A DNA stretch of 63,324 nt, the filler included, from Choristocarpus tenellus KU-1152 (taxonomy: Eukaryota > Protista > Phaeophyceae): assembly GCA_964200185.2 (NCBI GenBank). It is 11 parts of 11 records of this genome, joined end to end, with 100 filler letters (N's around TTAATTAATTAA, not from the genome) between each part and the next. Parts side by side here need not be neighbours in the genome. Positions count along the whole stretch, not along the records: positions 1 to 4,465 come from CAXNAD020014425.1; positions 4,566 to 8,476 come from CAXNAD020017197.1; positions 8,577 to 14,161 come from CAXNAD020010344.1; positions 14,262 to 29,059 come from CAXNAD020001111.1; 7 more parts are not named here. One strand, written 5' to 3'. Made by a program: the position numbers and the translations under genes. Each line of letters begins with the position of its first letter. The stretch's first letter is position 1. The notes below the pieces were generated by a model. It worked only from the letters and a program-made list of their open reading frames with translations, ran no database searches and was not told the origin of the DNA. Positions 1 through 16,076 of the stretch are shown here, piece by piece.

Positions 1-950
1 GTATAACGGTATATGGCATATGGCAATACGGTATAATAACAGACAAATATGCTTTCCACATAATACAATTTATGGTATTATTTTGGTCTCTCTCATTTTG
101 CATATTATATGTGTCAGGGGGGGGGAAACCAAGACCAAAACTATTATTATATATGACAAATACTACTACTACTACTGTAGATATATCAACTACTGTACAC
201 CTGTCAATAATGTTGAGACACCTCCTCCCCAAAGAGTACGTAATATTTGAAAACTTGTAATACATGAAACAATGTCCCCTTCACGACGACGGTACGCTAC
301 TATATCCGAACCTAGAATGGTGATGGGGTAACTTATTTTGGAATTAATGGTGAACAGGAGATGTCATTTTCTTTCAAGATAAGTATTATTCATGCATTCC
401 ATTCGTTGATACATTGACAGTAGTATATACTATTTGATCACCTCTGATATTTTGTAGATGTGTCAGGGGAAAAGTCAGTAGTAGTATCAATAGTGCAGTT
501 TTATTTATGGTAGACAGTACAATGGATATACATTGATGACAACTGTTGCTTTTACAGGGGTTCTATATTGAATTGGCTTTTCATTCACATCTCCCTTGAC
601 ACATCCGGAAAATATCAGAGCGCATAATAATATATATTTTGTTTTAATATTTAATACAGTGCAGTTGAGGTGGCTATATACCGTTGATGTCACAACAACA
701 ATATAATAATAGTAGTAGTTCTAGTAGTAGTTGTACAACTACTCCTGACTATAATAGTACCCGCTAATAAAATATAGTACGCCACCAACACACCACATCA
801 ATACCAATACTGAATGAGTACATCAAATAACCGAATAGAAAACAACCGTTTCATGTCCCCATTCTTCCATTTGGTACACCCACCAAAAATTCAGGGAGGT
901 TGGGGGGACCACGAGTGGGAATCTTCCTTGAGGGGTTGAGGTGGACACGA

Positions 951-3569
<2,619 letters not shown>

Positions 3570-3585
3570 TGAGTCGAGCGGAGCT

Positions 3586-3619
3586 AGAAGTAGAAGTAGA
3601 AGTAGAAGTAGAAGTAGAA
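3586..3619 (+). repeat. (AGAAGT)n microsatellite
   Basis: About 5.5 units just after the exon 5 donor. Confidence 0.85.
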
Positions 3620-3994
3620 CGACCCGGTGTCCTCTTCATGAGAGCATTTATTTCTCTTGTGTCTCCTGGCGAACAGCTTTCAAAACAAGCCGTTTAGGTA
3701 AGGCTTGCTTGTTACGTCAATAGCCTATCCAGTATACCCAGACTTGATGATCCAGCTAGAGTAGTACTTCTAGAGTAGTACTTCCAGCCTTCCCGCGAGA
3801 TGAATTGAGGGTGGTAGGCAGCATTGATCTGGTTCTACGTGGAAAACAGGCCGGGTTCGGGTCTCTCCTCATTGACGGCAATCCACCCACCACAGCCTTC
3901 CGCCACAGTCTCAAACAAGATTACTGTGCCCAGACTTTCCAGGCGTGTTCCTTGCACCCGAAAGGGTTTTGCCCCGTGTACAAAATGAATACTC

Positions 3995-4080
3995 ACGTGC
4001 GTTTTACGTGCGTTTTACGTGCGTTTTATGTGCGTTTTACGTGCGTTTTACGTGCGTTTTATGTGCGTTTTACGTGCGTT
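3995..4080 (+). repeat. 11-bp minisatellite (GTGCGTTTTAY)n
   Basis: About 8 tandem units; explains the repetitive ORFs 3805-4281 and 4019-4234. Confidence 0.9.
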
Positions 4081-4465
4081 GTGCGCACGGGACTGTTCTC
4101 GCAACCGCGTGACCCTCGCGCCGTGTTCGAAAATAACGCCTCTCTCGGGACACGCGGAAAACCATTGTGCTGTGTCGGGAAGGGACGGGACGCACGAACC
4201 TACCGTGGTCGATGCTTTCGCTTTGGCAGCTTAATTAATTTAACTCTAACTCGATTGACGCCTTCGATGGTGGGTAGGTAGAAGGCGATGGCATTGTCGT
4301 TGTATCGTTTTAAACGACGAATCGAGAGAGAGGGGCTTTTTCTAAATGGTTCTGAGAGTGAGTTAGTTCGGTCGGGAGGAGGTTGGTCTCCGTTGGGAGT
4401 GGCTCTTTTTTTTTTTTTGTAGTTCGTGGAGGCGTGTGGCGTTGGCCGAGCGGCTTGGAGTGTAC

Positions 4466-4565
4466 NNNNNNNNNNNNNNNNNNNNNNNNNNNNNNNNNNN
4501 NNNNNNNNNTTAATTAATTAANNNNNNNNNNNNNNNNNNNNNNNNNNNNNNNNNNNNNNNNNNNN
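4466..4565. other. Artificial contig linker (N44-TTAATTAATTAA-N44)
   Basis: Identical 100-nt linkers with stops in all six frames at 4466, 8477, 14162, 29060, 32041, 37816, 47784, 51220, 55101 and 59595. Confidence 0.97.
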
Positions 4566-7500
4566 TTACATGGCACTTGGTTTTGGGCTAGGGAAGAGGG
4601 GGGGGGGAGGTTGATCACCTTGCGAGGGATGTGTTTAGACAACCTACACTTGCAGAAAGCAATTCCAGGCAAGTTTGATCATTATAACTGAATTTGTACC
4701 ATGCTTACGTTTGACAGAGTACAAAAACTTTCGTAGTTTGTAATGAGTCTCAAGTGATTCTCCAGGCAATAACGGGCCTCTGTTGGGAGGTACTACATAT
4801 TGCCAATTTCGTTAATGGGTGTGAGGCAAACGACATTATCGATAATGACTATACACATCTTCGGATTGCCTTGGTGATAATCTAACATCCAAAGCTCATC
4901 ATACCGTAAAAAAGGACAAAGGAAAAAGGGGTTCTGAAGCGCGTGTTGGCACCCTTTGACAAAGAGAACATGTGGGGGACACATGTGAGGACATGATTCA
5001 AATGTGTTAAATCCACTCAAATCCCTTGCATCTTCGATGGGTGTGGCAATATATGAGTACGACTGAGGTTTGCCGATAATTGAAAGCAAACATCATATTC
5101 GACGGGACCAGCGAAATGTGTTCCAGCACAAAAGGACGTTATCGTAGGAAACTGCACGAATATGACTATGAAGTGCAATCAAGAATTCATTACTCCCACA
5201 CAATGGATTCCCAAGTCTGATGAACACTGACCAAGTACCAAATCAAGTCTCACCATCCGTAAGGAACATCGCTGTGAAAAGTGGGACCAGGACAGAAAAT
5301 CCAACCAAGGTCTGTCGCATTGATCGGATCAAGCCCCAATTTACCTCCTCATCCCCTGGTCGAGCGACCGAACGATATGCGGAAGGAGAAAGACAACTGG
5401 TGAGATGAAAATGTATAGAGCATATATCAACATGGAATGAGGAAGAATGGAGAGGAGAATTAGTTGGGGACAAGTTCCATTCAATACCCCACACACCCAA
5501 CAGAACCGAATTGGGAATCCCATTCTCTTCAGTATCCCCACACCTCAACCACCAGAGTCCTACGCTTACAATCTTCATCCTTACCTTCATCCTTGGGATT
5601 AAGGCTGAGGTACAGACCCAATAGATTGTGCTGTCGGATAACGTAGTCAGGAAGGTCTGGTGAGGAGTCCACTTGCCCCAGTCCGTTGGATGCCCCAAAA
5701 GATATTCCAGCACTACTACCTCCCCCATTTTTGTCTAGTAGACCCTTCTTATTGTAGTAATTTGGGTCCACCTCGAGGGCAGCGTCAGACATGATCGAGC
5801 AAGGTTTGGAGAATAGGTAAGAGTATTCAGTGAAAATAGGACATAATAGGTGAAAACTTGTTTGATCTTGTTGATCAATTATCTATTATTTCGAGTATAT
5901 CGTTAAAGTACTACACATTCCGATATATCCCCACTTTCATAACAATATATGATTTCAATAAAGTAACGTATGCAACTCAATAGTAGTGTAGCTGAGACCT
6001 AGGGTCCTTCTGATATATATATAACAAACTGATATATCTCCTGCTTAATGTTTAGGTGTTTGCAAGTTATCGTTAGAGTGAGGACTTGCTCTGTGCCTTT
6101 CACAGCAAGGGGATACCCGCCAAGTCCCCCGTTGTTCTTGTGCGGTATAACGCTCTAACGCCGCCATGAGCTTCACAAGCGAGATGGGCGCTTACGTTTT
6201 TGGGGAACTTCTGCCATTTGGTAAGTTTGTTGAGGTACCTATATATGTATGTCACATCTAGTCCTAAGGAATTTTCAAGTGCCTGAAGCATGCACGGATT
6301 GGCATGTGTCCGCCTCGATACTGGTGAAGCTGCACCGCCATATCGCCCTGATCATGTTGCAGCATCGTCATATCTGTTCCATGTCCGACTGCAGGTGACC
6401 TTGTTACCGATTGGCTCCTGGTCTTTCAAACCGATCCGTCAGAGGAACCAGTTTCTTGGTGGATCCTTCTAGTGGGTTCCATTGTGGATAGCATTCCCGA
6501 GGTGACAACTAAGAAAGGAATACTGCTGCCCAGATTCCATAACACTTTCAACTTTCCACAATGTGGTGTTCAACGAGAGTCCGTTGAAGAGTCCATTCGA
6601 GAGTCACATCCTAAACAAGTTGCTCCTCATATCCAGACGTAAATAATTTCAAATTGGTTTCTAGGCAAGGATCTACTTCATAGAGACGGTGGAGATATAA
6701 GAGGCACTATTCTAAAAAATCTGTCCGCACCTTCATGATGCAGGTGTCTCTCGTCTTGGGCTTCATAGTTGGGGTCATGTGGGTGCTCGTGGGCATCCCG
6801 GTGTTGCTCGCGACAAGTGAGGGAAAAAACAGCATCAAAAACTCTTTCGTAGATCTGTTCGCTTTGTCGCTTAGGTGAGACATGCGTCATGCCCCCTCTC
6901 TCTCTCATTACATACGACAAGTTTCAACCACCCCAAGTTGTTATTACCCTTGCATGCCCGTATCATTTTTGTTTAGGATCCTCTGTGCACAATTCACACA
7001 TTACTTTAAATGGACAGATTAAATGGACAGAGGATAGTGAGGCGAATCTAGATTACAGCAAACCCACAAAAATATCCGATTGAAAAGGCGGAAATGGTCC
7101 CTTTCGAAGGTTACACACAGACGAGGAGTGGTGAAAATGACTCCCGTTACAGTGCCAAACAAGTCTGACCAAAGAAACTCAAGACGTAGGAATATTTGAA
7201 CCTGCGGCACATATTCTATCAGCTTTGAGTCATTGTACCCTTTCATCACCGTAAGTACTTTTTGAGAGGGGTAGGTTTTTTGTTGCTCCAGTACGTAGGT
7301 GGAGAGCATGCCTTTTCCATGGGAGAAATGTTGCATAAATTCAGTAACAGTGGCATGAAAATGTGCATAGTTCACTTAGAGGGAGAGATGATATCTTCTG
7401 CCAATTGCAGTGGGTTGTCACATTGACATCATGGACATAGGCAGTTTTTTAGTTACTTCATTTGGGATCGAAGTGCAGTTACACTCACATCTTTTCATCC

Positions 7501-8676
7501 CAGTGTGCATAGTGTCTGGTGAATGTGGGTAGTACATAGCATAGTGGCATATAGTATTTGTTACATCAAATTTTGCCATTAATGTGCCTCGACTCTTCTC
7601 TTCTGCTTTTTCTGCCTCTCAGCTTGTTTGTGTTCTCTATTTTTTTCGTCACATATTAAGTTTTGGTGGTCAGATTTTCATCCCCGCTATGTCTCTCTCT
7701 TCATGTGCTACCTTCCTCACCACAGGGCTTATTACAGATCAGACCGCTAATACTTTTTTACTTATCTTCAGTTTCCACGTTTGTCCGAGGGGGTCCCAAA
7801 ATCCGCAATTGAAAAGTTCATCATAGGACAGAAATATGAAAGTGTTGCGATAGTAGTACTATGTGCAACAATGATGGTCTTATGGGACTCCTATTAGAAA
7901 GTGAACTCCAATATACCATGAGACCATTCTCATCAAACTGCGCAAATGTAGCACTGCATACTATTTTAATAAACAAAACCATTTGTTTTCATCTCTTATC
8001 CACTTTTCACCCCTTGTATGTAGAAATACTAGGATGAATGTGCTTCTTGGTACGAAGCTGTATGGGCTGTACACCTTCACAAATTTTGTTCTGTACCCTC
8101 ATAGTGCTTCTCTGCAAGATTTATGCTTGACAGTCTTTCTTCATTGCAGTGACATCACCTCCAAAAGCAGCATGTGCTTATTTGTGTGATCATGTGTGGG
8201 TGGGTGAGTGGGTGCGCTGGTACAACCAACGCCTGAGCCAAAATCCTCCGTGCATTGCTGTACTATACACTGCTCACACTTGAGGTTTTTTCATCTTGCC
8301 ACACTCTTGATAATACAATAGTCCTGCTTCTGCCATATTCTACTTTCACTGTTCTATAAAGTGTATCCTTGCACTATTTCACCACTCCATACCAAGCTTG
8401 CTGACCCTGTGCACCCCCCCACCCCCCCCTCCCCTGACAAATTTGTTTGTACTGGACTGTTGTTTGTTGCTGTTGCNNNNNNNNNNNNNNNNNNNNNNNN
8501 NNNNNNNNNNNNNNNNNNNNTTAATTAATTAANNNNNNNNNNNNNNNNNNNNNNNNNNNNNNNNNNNNNNNNNNNNCCACCAGACCCCGGTGTAAACACA
8601 TCCACACCACCACACACCCATGCTACAATAAAGCCATATACACATATACACCACACACCTCGCCCGTTCCATGCAG

Positions 8677-11600
8677 GTGCTGTTCCCAAGGACAGAGGGA
8701 TTCCCCACACTCCTAAAAGTCATATTTGCAAACTTCGAGAGAAGCTTCTTCCTTCATCATAACACCACCATTTGGCAGGCGCAACAATACAACCACTGCA
8801 AAGCCCGCCTCCCCAAAGGACATGCCGCCATATCCATGGACTTCAGCGCCCACCTGCAACACAACCACCAGGACTTGACACAACAAGAGTTCTTCAACCT
8901 ATTCCTTACGTCGCTTCTGACCATTGTCTGGTCGTTGACGGATTTCAGAGAAGAGGGAAATCTCGGGAATGGAAGGGTTTGGACTCACAGCATGACGGTG
9001 TGCAGTGAAGATCAAAGCCAGGACAACGAGTTCGTCCAGAACGCTGTGGAGATGCTTGTGAAGGACCCCCTAATACCTCTAGCTTGTGAATACGGTCAGA
9101 CTCTAGAAGTCCTGCACATTTGGTCTGATGACTGCGGGAGTCAATTCAAGAACAGATGGAGGATGTGGTGCGTTTCACAGTCTTTAGCGCGGATGGGAAT
9201 TTCCGTGGTACACAATTTCTTTGCCTCATGCCACGGGAAGTCCTTTTCTGATGGAGTCGGGGCTGTGGTGAAGTCTGCCGCCAGGAGACTGGAACTACAC
9301 GGAGTGCGCATGCCGGGAACCTCATCTCTAGTGAATACTATCAAGGCAACCAAGACTCAATACACCTTGAGGGATCCGACACCAGAGGAAGAGGGGCGCT
9401 ATCGCAAAGGTCACAAGGTTCCTCCCGGGCAGACAATCGTCACAAAGGTAGGCACACTCCACACGACGACCCTCCTCCCCCCCAACCTAAATATTCCTCC
9501 TCTGTTTGCCACTGATGTCGACAACCCCGACACGTACACCCCTCGCCCACGTATATAACAAACACACAACATATATATATATATATATATATATCATTGA
9601 ACTTATGCCACACCCGTCACTCCCTTCACATCAACACGATGTGTTACGTGAAGGTAACACAATCTGCACTTATGAAAAGACTGCGCAGATTGTCCATACA
9701 CACCTACAACCATCAACTCCTTGTCTACTAGAAGTATGCCAATCGGTAAACTCGCGCAAACATAGCATATTTTCCTCTTTTCTTCCCATCGCCAACACTG
9801 ACAATATCCCCATCGCTTGTAAGAGGAACACATACCACATAGACTACACACACGATTCTCCCCGCTCCCCTGGACTTGATCCATCCTTGCCACTCGCATC
9901 GATCTTCACCCTCCCGTTCCTCCTTCATAAATCATACACTAAACATGCAATACACATCGTTGACCCATTATGCCACATCCACACCTTCCCTCGGGTTGAC
10001 ACCATAGATCACATGATAAATACACGCACGAATTTATTCACGAACCGCACACTGTCCGTGCAAACTTGCATCCACCGACCTTGACTTAGAATGAGTCTGC
10101 CAATGGGTAGACCAACACTAAACTCTATTTTTTTGTTTCCTTTAACATTACAATGTCGGCCATATATTCTGCGTACGCTTCATGGACAGATACCACCCTC
10201 TCACGTGTATGATTTTCCCCAATTACAACAATTGATACCTGTTTGCAACTCGCGACACTCTACACCCACGAGTCCCTTGCTAACACATATATTCCACCAA
10301 GGCAACAACAGATTTGGTCCACACATTATGTCACATCCGTGCCTTCCCTTCATGCCCACAGCACAAGTCACACAGTACGATCGCTCATGGCGTGGTCGTC
10401 AAGTGACCGCACAAATTCCATGCGGTCTTGCAGCCATGACACTCTATTTCTCGTTAGTCCGCCAGTCGGAAAAAACTAACAAAAACAAACTCCAGGTTTT
10501 GGGTTTCATCACACACTCCCATCCGTCCCTAACAAACAATTCTTACTGCGATAGAGGTATCAGTTATCAATACAAAGGAAATATGCAATCACATAGAAAC
10601 GGTCACAGCACAATGCCTCGGTGCCGACACTAACTCCATCACTAACCGCCCCTCCCCTCATATGCCGAATCGCCAACACATACACAAAACTTCTACACAT
10701 CGACACGTTCCGCACACAGGAGATATTCCACCTTCCGTCTTACAAGATTGACCGTGTGGGACGACAAAACCTACGTGTCCCAAACCTCAGTGGAATCAAG
10801 TTCATACAAAGGTTCTTCACTGCTCAGCTCACACCCGGCGGCTCCCGTACATTGGTATACACCGAACTGTCGTGCTACTGCACAAGCTGTTCCATCGGCA
10901 ACCTCGCCCAATGCAGGTGGCAAACAATCCACGTTCCCCCACTCAAGCAAATAGACCTCGGAATTTCCACCAAAGCGGGAACAGGTGATATGTATCTGAG
11001 AAGTCAGCTGTCCAGGAAGAAGAGACAGCTCAGCGAGGGGAACATATGCATTGTGCGGACGCAGCCATCGGAGTATAATGGTATAGAGTTCTTGCCATTC
11101 ACTGTCCACCGCAAGGACAAGATTCGATGGAACGCCAGACACCACTCCAGCTACGGAGGGATGTTCATTGCTGGAGATGAGATCGTCTTTGTCACTGAAG
11201 ACTTCGAGGTGCTGAATGCCAGCTTCATTGATGGCGTGCCAACTATCCACGTGTCACGTACGGACAAGGTGGGTAACGCTTCTTATTGCTTCCAACACAA
11301 AACAATGCCCCACACAAACGAAGCCACGCTGTCCCTATACACATGTCACATATCCCCTCGTATCCCGCCTAACCAACATATAATTCCTCCCCCATAACGT
11401 CCAACCCTGGCATCCAAACCACGGACATTTTGTTCTCCCAAATTGCAACCGCCACTGACACCTCTCTCAAGCAATATTTCACTGCTTACGTAGGGCGAAT
11501 AAACGCGTCGCATACGTTCGTTTCGCTGCCTAAGTGTAGTATCCTCAATCATCCGTATAAACATATCCGTGTTTCTAAAAAAAAATCAAACAAACAAACA

Positions 11601-12141
11601 ACACAGCCCCCGCAACGAACATGTTTGTGGCGATGCAGGACACACAACCGGGCCCCCGGGTCGTGCCCCTTCAGGCTATCATCATCCCAGACTTCATCGA
11701 CATCGACCACAACGACCTGGACAACACATTCAGGATCCTGCCTGGTCAATACCAGTGGTTCGTCTCGGAATCCAACCGGCAATCGCTCGGTGGGATACCT
11801 GCTCGCTTCTCTAGGCATCTCAGACTTGGGTGCATGCCCGAAGCCAGATTCGGTTGAGGAACCACCTTCATCATACGCGCGATTGGGGGGGGTCGATCGT
11901 ACGGGGGAAGGTCAGCGATGTTCATGTAGATGTTTCAGAGGCGTGCATTTACTCTATGTCCTACCTCCCGGACGATGGCGAAAAATATGTACCCCCCCCT
12001 CAACTGGGGTCGTACAAAACAGAGGACGTGATCGAAGAGGGTATCAATCAATTTCGAGACAAGAACAAAAGAGGGACAGTGACGAGACTGCAGCCCTGTG
12101 TGTCCGAGTTCGCTGTCGGGCACGAAAGCGTGGGGACATGA
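8677..12141 (+). mobile_element. Sola2-like DDD transposase gene, intron-containing, 5' end lost in gap, probably degenerate
   Basis: Predicted exons 8677-9447, 10720-11268 and 11639 onward, all phase 0 with AG/GT borders. Motifs SMDFS...QQEFF, HIWSDDCGSQFKN, HNFFASCHGKSFSDGVGAVVK and a downstream ELSCYCTSC match my recollection of Sola2 (DFxENY / SDGxxxQYKN / FxTSHGKxxxDGxGGxxK). Apparent frameshift near 11840-11857. Confidence 0.8.
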
Positions 12142-13073
12142 ACAGGCCTATATATAGAAATATAGGCCCCTTGAACCGATACTGAGCTATATGTGCCGGA
12201 TTCAGATGAGGGAGTAACGCTCAATGCCAGAACTAAGGGAAGGGGACCATACTTCGGATGGGACGATCAGCGGATGCGAGGGACCATGACCAAGTACCAG
12301 CCCCACTGCACACGGTCTAAGTTAGTGAAAAGCGAGTCAGCTACCCCCACAAGGTCACAAACGTGAGAATGGCGACTTGCGAAATATGCAGCTCCTTGTC
12401 CAACACTACAACGCCATTGTCCAAGACCCTCCTAAATGGGTCTGGTTCTGGGTATAAGTCCTACACAGCCACCATATTGACGACAGACATGGCTTTGACA
12501 AGCAACATAGGCCAATATCTTTTCGTGACTCACCCTCCACTTCGCCAGTCAGACACATGCCTCCACGGACATGTTATGATGAACAGGGATCATACGTTCC
12601 ATATAAAACAACGGACTTATGCATGTAATATATATATTGAATTTATTCTGCTCCCAAAGAGTTTGAGTTTATGTGTCCTCCTACACATGTATTTATTGGC
12701 CCAATATGGCAACCTAAATTTCGTCTCCCTTAGTGCGTTCTGCCACCATTCTCTAATACGTTTACTGCAATGCCAACCCAATCCTTTTCCCTGCCCCCGT
12801 TGCGCTGATAGGACCACAGAGCAATTGGCAGGAACCTTACCAGAGGGACGTCCACGCACAAATATCTCGTACTTCACTCCACTATCTTCAGCACAAGTCG
12901 AAATTTCCATAACACACACCCTAACCAACCGGCGGCAACCAGACAGACTCCAGGCTTTGAACCCAAAGGACAACTTCCCTGAGCCATAACAACGTAGCCT
13001 ACACCCACTCAAGCGCCAAGCGTACATCCTTAATGCCGTTTAGGCCAAAATACTTCATACAAGGACGGTGACC

Positions 13074-13253
13074 GGGTCCAAGTAACGTAGGAGGTGGTGG
13101 TTTGTGAGGGGGCGTCCGTTTCGGTCCGGACGACGAAATACTCAAAAATCATGGGAATTGCTGTCTTCAGTCGATCTCTCTCCGCGACTTTCAGTCCGGA
13201 CCGAAACGGACGCCCCCTCACAAACCACCACCCCCCCTAAGATACTTTGACCC
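13074..13253. mobile_element. Family C terminal structure; probable right end of the Sola2-like element with an internal inverted TIR copy
   Basis: Ends ...CCCCTAAGATACTTTGACCC. Perfect 39-bp inverted repeat 13093-13131/13194-13232. Degenerate inverted terminus GGGTCCAAGTAACG at 13074. No TSD (GACC vs AAAT). Confidence 0.7.
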
Positions 13254-13372
13254 AAATTACAAATCTTTTCTGTAACTTCTAGGAAATTGGCATTTCTTCT
13301 ATGAGGTCTCGTGTGTGCTACGAATCTCGTATAGTGCTTGTGCTTGCTAGAACACGAGAAGAAATGCTAGCG

Positions 13373-14060
13373 CTATTCGCCTGTAGCAGTCGCACTGCTG
13401 CTCTCCTCCCCAACCTTCCCTTCAGCCAGCCACCCTGGTTCTCCCTTCACCCGCTGTGACCAGGCTTCCCCACAGACTTCGTCACTGTACCACCTGGTGA
13501 TGGACTCACCACTCCCTTCCTCCTTCCCGAGGCAGCAGAGACTACAGAGCACTGCTCTGCAGTGGTTGAAGAACCAACCACGTTTGTGTGGTAATGCTTT
13601 TAACGCATCTTCTCTCAGCGTCAGTGTCACGGTTGCGCCGTCCATTCCACAATTTGATCATGCTGCCGTGCCACACTACACGCACTTTCTCTCGTCACCT
13701 AACATCCCACTGAGCGTCACACGGTACTTGTTTTTCTGTCGCCTCTCAGCAGAGAAGGTGCCTCGGTGGCTCTCCTTTTCTCACTGTCGTGGTTCATGTT
13801 GTTGTGTGAGTCACCAGTGTGTCTGTTCACAGCCTGTCTGCAAATGACGCTGAAACGATGTCCGCAAATCCCACTTTTTTTTCAATATGACATAGCGTCA
13901 TACTTGAGCAGGTGCCTCACCCGTATCAGGCGTTTGTGGGGAAGTCAGCCAACCACTTCATTTTTTGACCTTTTGAAGTTGTGACCATCAAAATTGCGCC
14001 GAAGATGTTCCTCCGCGTTTTGGTCGTTATTTGATCAAGACGTAGTTCCTGTTAAAACAT
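13373..14060 (-). repeat. Dispersed repeat family R, partial copy 1
   Basis: Clearly homologous to about 52900-53600 and 56430-57130 (e.g. CCCAACCTTCCCTTC..., GGTAATGCTTT...GCATCTTCTCTCAGC, TTGAAGTYGTGACC). Confidence 0.85.
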
Positions 14061-14291
14061 AGGCTACTCATTTGTTTCTTGTTGATATGATACACATCTA
14101 CCAGCTTGTACTGACTGTTGATTGGTGCACTGCACTGGTTGTTAGTGTTCATTTAGTTATTNNNNNNNNNNNNNNNNNNNNNNNNNNNNNNNNNNNNNNN
14201 NNNNNTTAATTAATTAANNNNNNNNNNNNNNNNNNNNNNNNNNNNNNNNNNNNNNNNNNNNCCCCCAGATACTTTAGACCTGAAAATCCCC

Positions 14292-14471
14292 GACCCAAAT
14301 TATCTGGGGCGTGGGGGGGGTCTACACCAGGGTGTCCATTTGGACCAAAATCCAGAAAAGTGCATTTACATTATCCATCGGATTTATGCAACCAAATCGC
14401 ACAAAAATCGCTACATGAAAAGATTGACCCCTAATGGAGGGCCGCCACCCCCCCCCCAGATACTTTGAGCC
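14292..14471. mobile_element. MITE family B (about 180 bp, G-tract TIRs)
   Basis: GACCCAAATTATCTGGGG...CCCCAGATACTTTGAGCC; a TIR stub also at 14262-14280. Confidence 0.88.
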
Positions 14472-15218
14472 ACTACTTCCCTAAACGCCTTTTTCCGTCA
14501 GAGACTCCCTTGAACCGTTACATTCTTCCACCAACCACATTTTTTTTATCATGACTGATTCAAAGTAAGCGAGAGGTACCCCCAGGGTTGAATTTTACGA
14601 ATGCTGACAACAGTGTCTAAAATTTGGCATTTTTTTCAGATGCGTAAGGATACTTTCTGGATTCTGTCAAGAGGTCTCAAGCAATAGAGAAATCAATTGT
14701 CTCAAGTCAAACTTAGCACTTCATCAATAGAGACATGGGTGAATTGCAAAAGATTGGAAAACTGACTAAAATTGAAAAATAGTCAAAACCTGGGTACGTT
14801 TTGCTTACTTTGGCTCCCTGCAGTTATTACGCCTTCCAATATCTCGGCGGTAGCAAATTGGAGGAAAGTTCTCTGCATTTCTGACACTGATTCACCTCAT
14901 TAGAGTCTCCATTAATAATGTTAATGGCAGCGTTAATAACACCACTAAAAATAGTCAAAGAGATGGGAAAGACAGCAGCAGTACTGTAGTCATTCGCACA
15001 CTCAGCCATGTCAAGGGGTAAATTTCATGTAATAAGATTTCACAGGACTTTGTCACTCCTCCTTGTTCTTCGCAATCTTTTTGTTACTTCTATCTCCAGT
15101 GGCACTATAAATATAATTAACCGATTTACAGATTTTGTGCCACAGGTTTTTTTATCTCTCAAAAAAAATGGAAAAGTGTACTCTAGAGCGCCAGCCACAG
15201 GTGCTGCTGTGATCGCTA

Positions 15219-15404
15219 GGCTAAAAGTATCTAGGGAGGTTAGCGGCTGTCCATTTGGGGCCAATTTTTTTAATGTCGCGATTTTTGGGTGATTTGGTTG
15301 CATACGTGGGATGGATAATGTAAGTACACTTTTTCTGGCTATGGCCCAAATGGACACCCTGGTGCAGACCCCCACCCCCACCCCACCCCCAGATACTTTG
15401 GGTC
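15219..15404. mobile_element. MITE family B
   Basis: GGCTAAAAGTATCT...AGATACTTTGGGTC; flanked by CTA/CTA (3-bp TSD). Confidence 0.9.
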
Positions 15405-15818
15405 CTACATGTAGTCTAGTTTGTCGCATATCTAGGAAATCTCCCTTTCACAGGGGCTTTGGGGGACGGGGCTTTGTTGCTATGAAGTCTTAACAGTCAG
15501 CTTCTGACACTGCAGTGTACAATCACTTATTTTGTGCCCTATTATTGTTGGCTAGAGATCTTATTGGATCCGTTCTGGTAGTTTGCGGCAAGGGATGACC
15601 CATTACATATATAGCATGTTGGCAAGATCTATGATATAGATCTGGAGGCATCAATAACAGTTTGTTTTTCTCAGATCCCTACTCAACCTTTTTCCTCTTG
15701 AAAGAATCAGTGTGTCAAGCTAACTATATCTCCTTGACGTCAAAGTAAGTTAGAGATCAACATTTTGGGGCTGTGGCTCCTCAATATCAATGCACTCAAT
15801 CATAAGGGATCGACTCTA

Positions 15819-16076
15819 GTGTGAAAGTATCTTAGAGGGTATAAGTTTTGCCCTGTTTTTGCGTTTGGGGCTTGTCTTCCCACGGGTTGCTTATGACATT
15901 TTCCTACTCCACAATGTTTCAGAGTAGGTAACATGTATACGTTATGAAAAGCTGTGTCTGGAACAAGGATATTGACACTTCCTAACAAACCTGATAGCCA
16001 AAAATACATCAAAATCGGAACATTGGATTATTGCCCCCAAACGGACGCGGCTCTACCCTATAAGATACTTTGATTC
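15819..16076. mobile_element. MITE family A (about 258 bp)
   Basis: TIR G(A/T)GTGAAAGTATCTTAGAGGGTA...TACCCTATAAGATACTTTGATTC; body shared with other A copies. Confidence 0.92.

Noticed and set aside
7019-7375. 'HFSHGKG' in a minus-strand ORF resembling the Sola2 SHGKG motif
   Set aside because: No flanking DG/SD motifs; likely chance or too decayed
4566-8476. Possible retroelement or gene fragments (e.g. 'RRKLHEYDYEV' near 5140)
   Set aside because: Single short resemblance only; no coherent domain order
9506-10633. Long ORFs 9506-10084 and 10091-10633
   Set aside because: C/A-rich sequence within the predicted transposase intron (9448-10719); no protein-like motifs
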